Of a stretch of 64,000 nt of DNA, positions 19,018 to 27,689 are shown in pieces (position 1 is the stretch's first letter; each line of letters opens with the position of its first letter). Source of the DNA: a virus; IMG/VR virus record IMGVR_UViG_3300037262_000003, positions 46,054-110,053 of that record; one strand, written 5' to 3'. The position numbers were made by a program, and so were the translations under genes. The notes below the pieces were generated by a model that worked only from the letters and a program-made list of their open reading frames with translations, had not been told where the DNA came from and made no database searches.

Positions 19018-20109
19018 CTACTCACTAGGATACATGTAGTTCCAGCGATCAAATGCTAGCTGACGCATGTTGCCCTGGTAAGGAGCGCCTGCCACACACG
19101 CACTCGTGAGCGTTGACACCAGACTCGCCTCAGCATTGCAGGCAACCGTGATTGACGCCGTTACTCGCCCCGCATTAGGGTTAAGCGCTATGCCTACGGC
19201 GATGAGCGCAGGAATGACGTGCATCGTCGCGCCGACGTGTTGTCCGTGGCTACGCCCGGTGAAGAACGTAGGAGTCTGAGTGCTAAGAGCGCTTCTAAGA
19301 TGACCGCGCTTCCGATTAGCCGTAAACGTCGGGGACTGCGCGCTAGTAGCAGACCTTACGCGTCCTCGGATATGTACCGCCAGGAACGTAGGAATCTGGG
19401 TACTCGTAGCAGAGCGATAGTGCCCGCGAGTCCTTCCCGCAGAGAATGTCGGGCTCTGGTTGGAGGTAGCAGAGCGCTTTCGTCCGTGGATTCTGGTGGC
19501 AATGAAGTTCGGCGTTACACTCATTACCGCGCTGCGAACAATGTTCCCACCGGCTACGAGAGCCGTAGCCAGGAACGTAGGACTCACCGAAAGAGTGGCG
19601 TGTCTTCCGTGACCGTGAATCCTGGTGGACACGAATGAGGGAGTAATGCTCGACAGGGCAGACCTCACACGCCCGCGTGTACGTCCAGCATTGAACGTTG
19701 GCGTGAGCGTCAATGTTGCCTGACGTGGATGACCATGTAGCTTCGTGGTAACAAACGTAGGGTTTGGCGTCAATGTTGCGTGACGCCCATGTCCGTGAAT
19801 ACGTGTGGCCAGGAACGTCGGAGTGATAGCCGCGAGAGCTGACCTGACACGGCCTCTCGTGCGCCCGGCATTGAAAGTAGGAGTCGGAGTGAGAGATGCA
19901 CTGCGTGGGTGACCATGATGCTTTGTAGCGACAAACGTAGGACTCTGGGTGCTCAGCGCTGAACGGACACGACCTCTGATTCTGGTCACGTTGAAAGTCG
20001 GGGTTACCGACAGGGATGCTGAAGGCGTATGAGAACCGCTAGCCCCAACGTTACCGGGATTGGCCGAACCGGGCGACATGCTGCCCGGTGTCGCACCAAA
20101 GGATGTCAT
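19018..20109 (-). CDS. Basic 20-aa tandem-repeat protein (putative fibre/decoration)
   Basis: About 13-14 repeats of A-x5-PTF-x3-R-x-(H/R)G(H/R)-x-RS. Confidence 0.7.
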   Translation of the reverse strand: MTSFGATPGSMSPGSANPGNVGASGSHTPSASLSVTPTFNVTRIRGRVRSALSTQSPTFVATKHHGHPRSASLTPTPTFNAGRTRGRVRSALAAITPTFLATRIHGHGRHATLTPNPTFVTTKLHGHPRQATLTLTPTFNAGRTRGRVRSALSSITPSFVSTRIHGHGRHATLSVSPTFLATALVAGGNIVRSAVMSVTPNFIATRIHGRKRSATSNQSPTFSAGRTRGHYRSATSTQIPTFLAVHIRGRVRSATSAQSPTFTANRKRGHLRSALSTQTPTFFTGRSHGQHVGATMHVIPALIAVGIALNPNAGRVTASITVACNAEASLVSTLTSACVAGAPYQGNMRQLAFDRWNYMYPSE

Positions 20110-20114
20110 ATCGG

Positions 20115-20240
20115 TTACGCTATCTTAGACACTTCTAGGACTGCGCCTTCTTCAATCTTTATCTCATCACCAGAAGTGGTGCTCTGGACGGTCAACTGAA
20201 GTGTACCGGGTGCCGCCCAGTCGATCCTGACGCCGCCCAT
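20115..20240 (-). pseudogene. Probable relic C-terminus of the ancestral tail-fibre gene
   Basis: GTLQLTVQSTTSGDEIKIEEGAVLEVSKIA; native GC content resumes here. Confidence 0.45.
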
Positions 20241-23200
20241 TAGTTGACCCGCTTCCAGCAGCCGCCATTGATCGTTACCGACACGCCCGCAGCCGAGGGG
20301 GTCATGCCCACCATCATCTGCTCCGCGCCCGTGGTGACCACGGTGGTGAGCTGCTGGCCCATCGTGGTCAGGAAGTAGTTCATGTACAGCGACGCCGTGA
20401 CGCTCGCCTCGGTCGTGCTCAGGAACTGGACGATCGCCGAGTAGCGCATCGCCGCGCCCGTCACCGCCGCGCCCGCGTTCGGGTTCGCCGCCCCGGAGCT
20501 GACGAGGCTCGTCCCGGCGAGGCCGCCGTAGAAGACCTGCCAGGTGAGCGTCTGCGTGTCGACCGTGGTGGTCACGGTCCCCCACAGGTCCAGCTCCCAC
20601 GTCTGCCCGGCCGCGATGCTGCCGCCCGCGATCGTCGGCCCCGGGAACACGTCCACCGCCACCGTGCCGCCCGTGTAGGGGCCGCCGGGCAGCGAGGGGA
20701 TGTAGACGCTCCCGGGGTGAACGTGGCCCGCGTCGGCCGCCTTGCCGGTGGCACCTGCCGCCTGCGTGCCGAGGGGCTGGATGTCCGCCGCGGTCCCGTC
20801 CAGCTCCACCGCGCCCTGCGCGCTGGTCGTCGCCGCCGGCAGGTCGCCCGAGGCGATGGTGCCCCAGCCCGGCGCGGCGGAGGCGCTGCCCGTGCCCGTC
20901 TGGGTCAGGAACTTCTTCGTGGCGGCCGTGTTCCCGGCCAGCCGCGCCGCCGTGCCCGCCCCCGACTCGTACTCCAGGTCCCCGGTCGTCGTCATCGGCG
21001 ACAGGGCGTTGTACGCGGCGGCGGCCGTGATCGCGCCGGTCCCCCCGTTGGCGATGGCGAGCGCGTTGTTCTTCGCGAAGTCGGACGGCCCCGCGCTCTG
21101 CACGTACCAGGTGGTGCCGATGTAGACGACGGCGAAGGTGTACCCGGCCGGGATGGCGATGTTCCCGCTCGTCCCGAAGTTGCTCAGGGTCGCGCCGCTG
21201 CCGGGGGCCAGCGTGACGGAAACCGAGGCGGCGTTGGTGACCGTGTTGATCGAGCTGCCCGGCGGCGACGCGGGCAGCGTCAGCGTCTGCCCCGTGGTCG
21301 ACCCGGTGAAGACCGTCTCCTCGCCGGGCAGCAGCGTCGCCGTGGCGGTCCGCGCGGTCGCGTTGTTCAGGTCGCTCACCAGGGTCGCCTCAGCGCTGGT
21401 GATCGCGACGCCCTGGACCTTCCCAACGGTCGTCGCGCCCTGCGTGCCGGTCACGTCCCCGGCGAGGCTGCCGGTGAAGCTGCCCGCCGACCCGGTGATG
21501 TTCTCCGCGTTGGGCCCGTACCACAGCGACGTGTTCGTGTCCCAGAAGAACTGCCGGGACGAAAGCGCGGGGATCACGTCTGCTGTTCCGTCTGCGACGT
21601 TGCTTGTTCCTGCCGCTGCGAAGGTGAGTGCGTTCGCCGACTGGTTGACGACCGTCACCATCTGCCCGCTTGTCCCTGCTGTTGCGAGGATCAGCCCCGT
21701 GTACGCAGCCGCTGCTGTCACGGGCACGAACGACACCGAGGTCGGGATCGTCTGCCCGTTGGCTGTGAGCGCGGTAGGTCCGGCGTAGTTCCCGATCGCG
21801 AGCCCGTACGGCGTCTGTACCTGGGTGGGGAAGATGTTGGTCACGCTGGCGAGGACGGAGTCGCCGAGCACCTGCCCGTAGTACCCGAAGTTGCTGGTCT
21901 TGTTGCTGGCGGTGAACGGGTAGGCCCCGGCGGCGAAGGACAGGAGCCCGCCGCAGGCGAAGCTGTAGTTCCCGGTCGCCCCGAAGTAGATCGTGTACGG
22001 GGCCAGGAAGGTAGCGTCGTCCAGCTCGACGCCGATATTGAAGGTGCTGTCACTGATGAAGCTGTAGCCGGGGTCGGGCCCGGCGAGGGCGGTGTTGTTG
22101 CCGGTGATCCTCAACACGGCGTACTGAGTCGTAGAGGTGCTGAAATTACCGAAGATGCCGAGCTGGACGGCGTTCTGGGCCAGAGCGCCGTTCTGGAAGA
22201 CGACGCCGTCACCCCCGTGGCCGTTGGCGTTGGAGACCGTGAAGGAATCCATGACGAGGCCGGAGCCGCCCTGCCAGATCTCAAACCCGGCCTGGCAGTC
22301 GATCAAATACCAGGCGGAGTTGCACCAGCCCTGGGTGATCATGTACTGGATGAGGTAGTACATGTCCACGGTCGCGGTGGTGACCTGGCTGGTGAATTGG
22401 AAGCTCGCCGTGCCTTCGGTGGCGTTAGCCCACGAGCTCTGCCAGTACACGTCGAACGTGTTCGCGCCGATCGTCACATTGGACGCGTAGAGCGTGCCCG
22501 GCGGGGTCACGCCGGTCGAGTTGGCCATCCAGACCATGACCTCAAGGCCGTTGGTGGCGTTGTTCGTCGGGTCCGGTGCCGTGTTGATCCAATGGTCATG
22601 GACGCAGTCCCAGATGTCGGAGCCGCCCGCGCCGAGCGTGACCGTATTCGATACGACGACCTGGCCCGGTGTGATGCTAGAGCAGACCAGCGGGAACGGA
22701 TTGAGCGGGCTCAGCGACCCGTACTGGTTGCCGACGTAAACAGACGGGTAGGCGGCCGGGGAACCTGGGTGGGTGTTGGCGAGGGAGGAGGCGGCGACCG
22801 AGAACGTGGTGGGCAAGCCGATCGTGTAATCGACGGTGAATGCCGCTGACGAGTCGTAACGGTTGCTCTGGATGACATAAGGCCCGTCATTGACCTGCTG
22901 TAGTGCGGTCAGCGTGCCGCTGCCGCTGCCGTACTGGCCGGAGCCGGTCCCGTTCTGGTTGATGAAGATATTGAGATTCATCCGGTCGTAAGATCCGGTC
23001 GCATTACCCGAGGTGTTCGCCGTGTTGTCGAAGACGACATGCTGCGTGCAGTTCTGGGCGAAGATCTCGCCCTCCATCTGCTCGCACCACGAATACTGGT
23101 TGTCGAACCAGATGCCCTTGCTCGTGGTGCCTGCGAAGAAGTTCTGGACGCCGACATCGAATTTTAGCTTGAAGATGTCGCCGACATGGACGCCGCTGGA

Positions 23201-23866
23201 ATTCCCGGTCGCATGCGTCCCGTCGACCGTCAGGCCGAGGAAGCCGCCGCCGTTGACCGTCTTGCTCGACCACAGCGTCGAATCGTAAATACGGAATACA
23301 TCACCCGTGCCGTACCACTCGATGTTAGAAGACCACTTGCCGTCTCCTAGGAAGTACACTGCGGTTCCCGCTACATTCTGCGTGACCGTCGTGGACACCT
23401 TGTATGTACCGGCAGGTATGTAGACGACACCACCTCCCTTGGCCACTACGGCGGCACTCGCGGCCTGGAATGCTGACGTGGAGTCGCTTACTCCTGTCTT
23501 GTCAGCTCCTAGCTGAGTGACGTTGACGATCACCGCCTGCAAGGTCTGAATAGAAGCCCTTGTGAGTACCTGCTTGACGGTGAAAGGCGTTGTATGAGCT
23601 ACCGGGGTAGTTCCGTCTGCTCCTCGCGTCACTGTCGCCGTGTAAGGCCCGGTGCCAGTGACATTCGTAAAGAGCACCTTCTCAGTCTCAACAGACGCGA
23701 GAGAATCAGCGGCATAGCACTGGGTCGCGGGGGTCGAGGAACTAGAGATCGTCGGCAGAGTAGACGCTGATAGCGTCCACGTCTCTACCGTTCCGGCAGC
23801 GGGCGCGGTAGTGCCACCGCTGGATACCGTCGCCGTCGCGTCGTTCGCGAAAACCTCTATTGCCAT
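20240..23866 (-). CDS. Tailspike/fibre: pectin-lyase-like beta-helix with inserted GH12 endoglucanase domain
   Basis: NVTQLGADKTGVSDSTSAFQ...GGGVVYIPAGTY; GH12 motifs YVIQSNRY, YPSVY, LEVMVW, WYL..QAGFEIW. Confidence 0.85.
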   Translation of the reverse strand: MAIEVFANDATATVSSGGTTAPAAGTVETWTLSASTLPTISSSSTPATQCYAADSLASVETEKVLFTNVTGTGPYTATVTRGADGTTPVAHTTPFTVKQVLTRASIQTLQAVIVNVTQLGADKTGVSDSTSAFQAASAAVVAKGGGVVYIPAGTYKVSTTVTQNVAGTAVYFLGDGKWSSNIEWYGTGDVFRIYDSTLWSSKTVNGGGFLGLTVDGTHATGNSSGVHVGDIFKLKFDVGVQNFFAGTTSKGIWFDNQYSWCEQMEGEIFAQNCTQHVVFDNTANTSGNATGSYDRMNLNIFINQNGTGSGQYGSGSGTLTALQQVNDGPYVIQSNRYDSSAAFTVDYTIGLPTTFSVAASSLANTHPGSPAAYPSVYVGNQYGSLSPLNPFPLVCSSITPGQVVVSNTVTLGAGGSDIWDCVHDHWINTAPDPTNNATNGLEVMVWMANSTGVTPPGTLYASNVTIGANTFDVYWQSSWANATEGTASFQFTSQVTTATVDMYYLIQYMITQGWCNSAWYLIDCQAGFEIWQGGSGLVMDSFTVSNANGHGGDGVVFQNGALAQNAVQLGIFGNFSTSTTQYAVLRITGNNTALAGPDPGYSFISDSTFNIGVELDDATFLAPYTIYFGATGNYSFACGGLLSFAAGAYPFTASNKTSNFGYYGQVLGDSVLASVTNIFPTQVQTPYGLAIGNYAGPTALTANGQTIPTSVSFVPVTAAAAYTGLILATAGTSGQMVTVVNQSANALTFAAAGTSNVADGTADVIPALSSRQFFWDTNTSLWYGPNAENITGSAGSFTGSLAGDVTGTQGATTVGKVQGVAITSAEATLVSDLNNATARTATATLLPGEETVFTGSTTGQTLTLPASPPGSSINTVTNAASVSVTLAPGSGATLSNFGTSGNIAIPAGYTFAVVYIGTTWYVQSAGPSDFAKNNALAIANGGTGAITAAAAYNALSPMTTTGDLEYESGAGTAARLAGNTAATKKFLTQTGTGSASAAPGWGTIASGDLPAATTSAQGAVELDGTAADIQPLGTQAAGATGKAADAGHVHPGSVYIPSLPGGPYTGGTVAVDVFPGPTIAGGSIAAGQTWELDLWGTVTTTVDTQTLTWQVFYGGLAGTSLVSSGAANPNAGAAVTGAAMRYSAIVQFLSTTEASVTASLYMNYFLTTMGQQLTTVVTTGAEQMMVGMTPSAAGVSVTINGGCWKRVN

Positions 23867-23875
23867 ATTGACCTA

Positions 23876-24247
23876 CTAAGAAGCTGTTGGAAGAGTGATT
23901 GTGATAGGAGTTATTGACAGCGTGTCAGTCGTCGCCATTGTTGCCGATGAAGACAGTGTGATCGAGAACTCAAAGGTTCCAGATGTTGACGCAGACCAGA
24001 AGCTAACGTCAGTCACGACCTCGTTGTTGGTACCTGCCCAAGACGGCCATGCCGGTGTGGTAGTGGCGCTGATAGAACCAGCGGAAGCGCCAGTTGCCCA
24101 TGCAACAGCCTCACGCGTGGTTGTGCTAGAAACGTTGGAGGTACCAGCAGTGCCCGGATCTCCGGTGTGGAGCTGCGCAAACAACGCTGAGGTTGTCCAG
24201 TTGTTCAACGCTGTGTCGGCGTTGAGTACAGAAAGTCCGTCAGCCAT
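23876..24247 (-). CDS. Small tail-fibre-associated virion protein
   Basis: AQLHTGDPGTAGTSN...REAVAW. Confidence 0.65.
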   Translation of the reverse strand: MADGLSVLNADTALNNWTTSALFAQLHTGDPGTAGTSNVSSTTTREAVAWATGASAGSISATTTPAWPSWAGTNNEVVTDVSFWSASTSGTFEFSITLSSSATMATTDTLSITPITITLPTAS

Positions 24248-24255
24248 GATGTCTC

Positions 24256-24798
24256 CTAGGAGATGGTGTTGAAGGTGACCTGGAGGTTGAACTGGCTTGT
24301 GCCCGGATTACCCGTAGCCGTTCGCCTGATCCAGACAGGAAGAACCTGTCCTGGTCCTATATTACCAGCCTCTAGTCCGCCCGATACTGTGGCAGAAGGG
24401 CTGGAGTAACTGGAGATACCAGCGGGTGCGACATACGGGGAAGAGATTTGGAGAGCCTGCTGTGAGCCCGAGTTGTAATTCGATACGCCGGTAGGGTCAA
24501 GTGCGTAGGCCCAGGTAATACATGAGCTAGTCACAGATGATGTGGGAATCCACACTGTCGGGGCGATCATCGTGTCAGTGTCGTCACTGTTGTAGACGAA
24601 GACGCACTGATAGTCGATCTGCTGGGCTGCGTTCTGCGGGCCAGTAAGATCAGGGAATAGATTGTTCAGGACAGTGGAAAGGTTGACCTGCGTAGTCGAG
24701 CAGTACATTCCATTGGAGTTGTACACAGAGCCCGGAGTTGAATATCCACTGTCAGCGTTCGGTGCTGACAGAAGATACTGAACCTCGTCAATGTTCAT
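24256..24798 (-). CDS. Virion protein, unknown
   Basis: LNNLFPDLTG...DYQCVFVYN...VWIRR. Confidence 0.55.
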   Translation of the reverse strand: MNIDEVQYLLSAPNADSGYSTPGSVYNSNGMYCSTTQVNLSTVLNNLFPDLTGPQNAAQQIDYQCVFVYNSDDTDTMIAPTVWIPTSSVTSSCITWAYALDPTGVSNYNSGSQQALQISSPYVAPAGISSYSSPSATVSGGLEAGNIGPGQVLPVWIRRTATGNPGTSQFNLQVTFNTIS

Positions 24799-25382
24799 TA
24801 GCTCACTCCGATTTCAAAGGTCCCAGGAGCGACCTGAATGCTCTGAGTGCTGAGAACCTGCTGAGCCACGGGAACCTGCCATACGTACAGCAGAAGCCCG
24901 TTCAGCACGGTGCTGGCGATGGGAGTGTAGGAGCTTGAGTCAGCGAATGGCACGCCGATCATGGCAGCCCACCCGATAGGAGCGGCCTGGTTAGCCGTGT
25001 AAGGCCCGAAGGTCACGGTGTTAGTGTTCGTGAATGACGTGGGCTCGGATGCATTAGCAGCACCGAATGTGATGGGCTGACGTAGATAACCCGTCGTGGT
25101 GTCCTCAATGGCGGCGATGTCAGAGATGTTGACTACCAGGCCACCACCAGGACCGGCCACGGTGGGGTCACTAGTCAGAAGACATAGGTAACGTTCATAG
25201 GGGCCAGTAACCCAGGTCGAGGTGTGCGGATCGTATACGTTCAGGACTGATCCCGAGGTGTTGATCCACTCCTGTCCCACAATCCAAGTTCCAGGTGCGG
25301 ACGCACCGATAAAAGGAGTGGCGATGCCGCTGATCTTGTTAGCGACGTACTCCGCCCCGTACTGGGTTAGCTGGCCAGCCAT
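24798..25382 (-). CDS. Tail-fibre-associated virion protein
   Basis: YLCLLTSDPT...GYLRQPITF...NTNTVTFGP. Confidence 0.6.
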   Translation of the reverse strand: MAGQLTQYGAEYVANKISGIATPFIGASAPGTWIVGQEWINTSGSVLNVYDPHTSTWVTGPYERYLCLLTSDPTVAGPGGGLVVNISDIAAIEDTTTGYLRQPITFGAANASEPTSFTNTNTVTFGPYTANQAAPIGWAAMIGVPFADSSSYTPIASTVLNGLLLYVWQVPVAQQVLSTQSIQVAPGTFEIGVS

Positions 25383-25387
25383 ATGTC

Positions 25388-25627
25388 CTACTCAGAGAAG
25401 TTGTAGGTGGATACTGTGCATGGAAGAATGCTGACGTTATCGTGGAACGTCCATGAGACGCCGTCGTGCGCATCCCACCACGGGGTCCACGGCTGGTACG
25501 GAACAGCGGGCTGCTCGACCTTGACACGATCCAGGGTGAACTGGTACGCTGCAACCATGCCCTCAAGCTCGGCTACCCTAACCTTGAGGTCGTTGATCTC
25601 GGCTTCTAGCTCTGCCTTTGTCTTCAT
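25388..25627 (-). CDS. Hypothetical protein
   Basis: AAGGAGG RBS; short coiled coil. Confidence 0.6.
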   Translation of the reverse strand: MKTKAELEAEINDLKVRVAELEGMVAAYQFTLDRVKVEQPAVPYQPWTPWWDAHDGVSWTFHDNVSILPCTVSTYNFSE

Positions 25628-25684
25628 TAGTCCTCCTTAACGGGACCACGATGGTTAAGCGTCAACATAGTACAGTAACCGACA

Positions 25685-26173
25685 TCATTCATAGATATAT
25701 CCGAGGTTCGCCAGGTGGTCAGCATGATCTGCATCGACCGTGTACCAGCGTCCCTCCTCGAATGTGAAGTTACGGAGACCGCCCAGGATCGGCGGCCTGA
25801 TGTACCCGCCGAACTCATTAAGTTCACCTGCGAAGACGACCTCACGCCCGAACGTCTGGTCCTCGATGGGGTAGTTCACACGGATACGACGCTTCGGAAG
25901 CTCAAGTTCGACTTCCTCAACGACTACCTCAGTGGTCGCTTCACCATCGACCTCGACAACCCGCTCGACAGGACGCTTGACAACCGGCCTAAGCTGAGTA
26001 GAGTAGTCCACATCAGTGTTGAGCTTAACTTCGCGATCAGACACAAGTGCGTCCTGAACCTGACGCTTGGACTCCTCGTGCTCGCGGGCAGCCTCTGTTG
26101 CTAGCTGCTGGCCACGGACACCGGTAAGGTCACCTGGACGCTTGCGCTGAGTACGGTTAGTTGCTGGAGGCAT
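25685..26173 (-). CDS. Hypothetical protein (head module)
   Basis: RPGDLTG, FEEGRWYTV...HL..LGYI; RBS AAGGGG. Confidence 0.6.
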   Translation of the reverse strand: MPPATNRTQRKRPGDLTGVRGQQLATEAAREHEESKRQVQDALVSDREVKLNTDVDYSTQLRPVVKRPVERVVEVDGEATTEVVVEEVELELPKRRIRVNYPIEDQTFGREVVFAGELNEFGGYIRPPILGGLRNFTFEEGRWYTVDADHADHLANLGYIYE

Positions 26174-26235
26174 TTCGTTCCCCTTGTCGTGTACGATTCT
26201 TGACTCCAGCATACCAGTTTCGCAAAGGAGGAAAC

Positions 26236-26598
26236 ATTAACAGTCTCTATCATGCCAAGAGCAGCGCCCGAAAGTGGGGCGGCCACTGGACGGACTACAT
26301 TGACATCCATGAGTTCATCGACAGTTCCAAGCACATCATCGGAGACGCCCGGCACAGGAGCATCTACCATCACACCGAGGGTGTCTGGTTGACACAGCGC
26401 ATCTTCGGGCGTACTCTGGTGCGTGGCAGGATCGAGATCCCGGTCAGGGAGATCGCTGAGCTTCACATCATCGAGGATCTGGGGTGGCTTCCGAGCCCGA
26501 AGGATTACATCGACAACATGGAGCTTCGCCCGTGGATGGGCGGGGACAAGACCAAGCGCATCATCGCGCTAAGTGACTTCACAGGAGGAAACAAGTGA
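26236..26598 (+). CDS. DUF6915-like His-rich phage protein (probable ATT start)
   Basis: HAKSSARKWGG, IHEFIDSSK, RHRSIYHH, ELHIIEDLG. Confidence 0.7.
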   Translation: MNSLYHAKSSARKWGGHWTDYIDIHEFIDSSKHIIGDARHRSIYHHTEGVWLTQRIFGRTLVRGRIEIPVREIAELHIIEDLGWLPSPKDYIDNMELRPWMGGDKTKRIIALSDFTGGNK

Positions 26599-27128
26599 CT
26601 GATACGACTCGCACCTTTGCAGGCATCCCGATGTCAGGCGACTTCAACGACGGGTACAGCCGTCCCGAGCAGTACAAGCTGGAGGACTTCCTGCCGATCT
26701 TCAACGCGGTAGTCCAGAACACGCACGTCACCCGTTTCGGCTGGCACCAGTACACCCCGTACTTCAACGACGGTGAGGAGTGCGTCTTCGGTGCTTCGAG
26801 TGTCTGGATCGAGACTGACGCTGATAACGTCAGCAAGGACGAGGAGAACGACGACTACTACAGCCATGACGAGTGGTACAGCATGGACTACGGAGATGGA
26901 TACCTGGCCAAGCATGACTGGAACGGGCCAGGTCACACCGAGGTCTACGCAAACAACGAGCCCTGGGTTGCGTTCCTGCGCGAGCAGGCTTATGCTCTGT
27001 CCGGTGCGGTAGATGGCGGTCACTTCGACAACGTGCTGCTGGATAACTTCGGCAACCATGTAGAGATCACTGTCTACCCTCGTGAAGACAGCCCGAGGAT
27101 CGAGCTTGAGACGTACTCGCATGACTAA
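26595..27128 (+). CDS. Acidic hypothetical protein
   Basis: WHQYTPYFNDGEECVF, FGNH; GGAGG RBS. Confidence 0.7.
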   Translation: MTDTTRTFAGIPMSGDFNDGYSRPEQYKLEDFLPIFNAVVQNTHVTRFGWHQYTPYFNDGEECVFGASSVWIETDADNVSKDEENDDYYSHDEWYSMDYGDGYLAKHDWNGPGHTEVYANNEPWVAFLREQAYALSGAVDGGHFDNVLLDNFGNHVEITVYPREDSPRIELETYSHD

Positions 27129-27465
27129 GCCCATCGTGGCAGGAGGGCACGTAATGCCAGAGCCCTCCTGCCCGCATGGTTACACTAGATCAGATCTCGA
27201 AGCACTGTTCGGTGAAGCCCTACCGAAGTTCAACAAGTGGATGACCGGTCAGACTATGATGATCTGCGAGGCCACCCAGTATCACTACGACCGCAAACAC
27301 GGAGAGTTCTGCGGCCATGCGGAAGGTGACGAGGAGACCTGGCAGTGCGACTACGTGGGCACGGGATACTACGAACCTTCGGAGTGTGCTGACAACCCTC
27401 ACGGTGTGGTGGCTTACGTCTCTGATGTGGTCAGATTCGTCCGGGGCCTGCCCATTCTGGACTAG
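27121..27465 (+). CDS. Hypothetical protein
   Basis: Overlaps the upstream stop; FNKWMTGQT, HGVVAY..DV.RF. Confidence 0.6.
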   Translation: MTKPIVAGGHVMPEPSCPHGYTRSDLEALFGEALPKFNKWMTGQTMMICEATQYHYDRKHGEFCGHAEGDEETWQCDYVGTGYYEPSECADNPHGVVAYVSDVVRFVRGLPILD

Positions 27466-27625
27466 CTCGGGTACATGTAATTCCATCTATCGATGGAAAG
27501 TTGTCGGATCTGTCCCTGCAAAGGCTGTAGGGCAACACACTCGATCGTCATATCAGAGACGAGCGCGGATTGTGCGTTGGCCTCTATGATGAGGATCGTA
27601 GTCATGGTCATGCTCCAAGTTTAGC

Positions 27626-27654
27626 TTGACAGGACACCCCAAGCTGTGTAGGCT
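27626..27654 (+). promoter_or_regulatory. Sigma70-type promoter
   Basis: TTGACA-N17-TAGGCT. Confidence 0.75.
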
Positions 27655-27668
27655 TGGGGTGTCTTTTT
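27633..27668 (+). terminator. Intrinsic terminator overlapping the promoter
   Basis: GACACCCCAAGC/GCTTGGGGTGTC stem followed by a T run. Confidence 0.75.
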
Positions 27669-27689
27669 ATCCAACAAACAGGAGGATAT

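Noticed and set aside
19018-20109. CRISPR-like 60-nt periodicity
   Set aside because: Degenerate protein-coding repeats with no constant repeat/spacer structure; no cas genes
20717-22849. 710-aa plus-strand ORF
   Set aside because: Arg/Gly-rich shadow frame of the GC-rich tailspike gene
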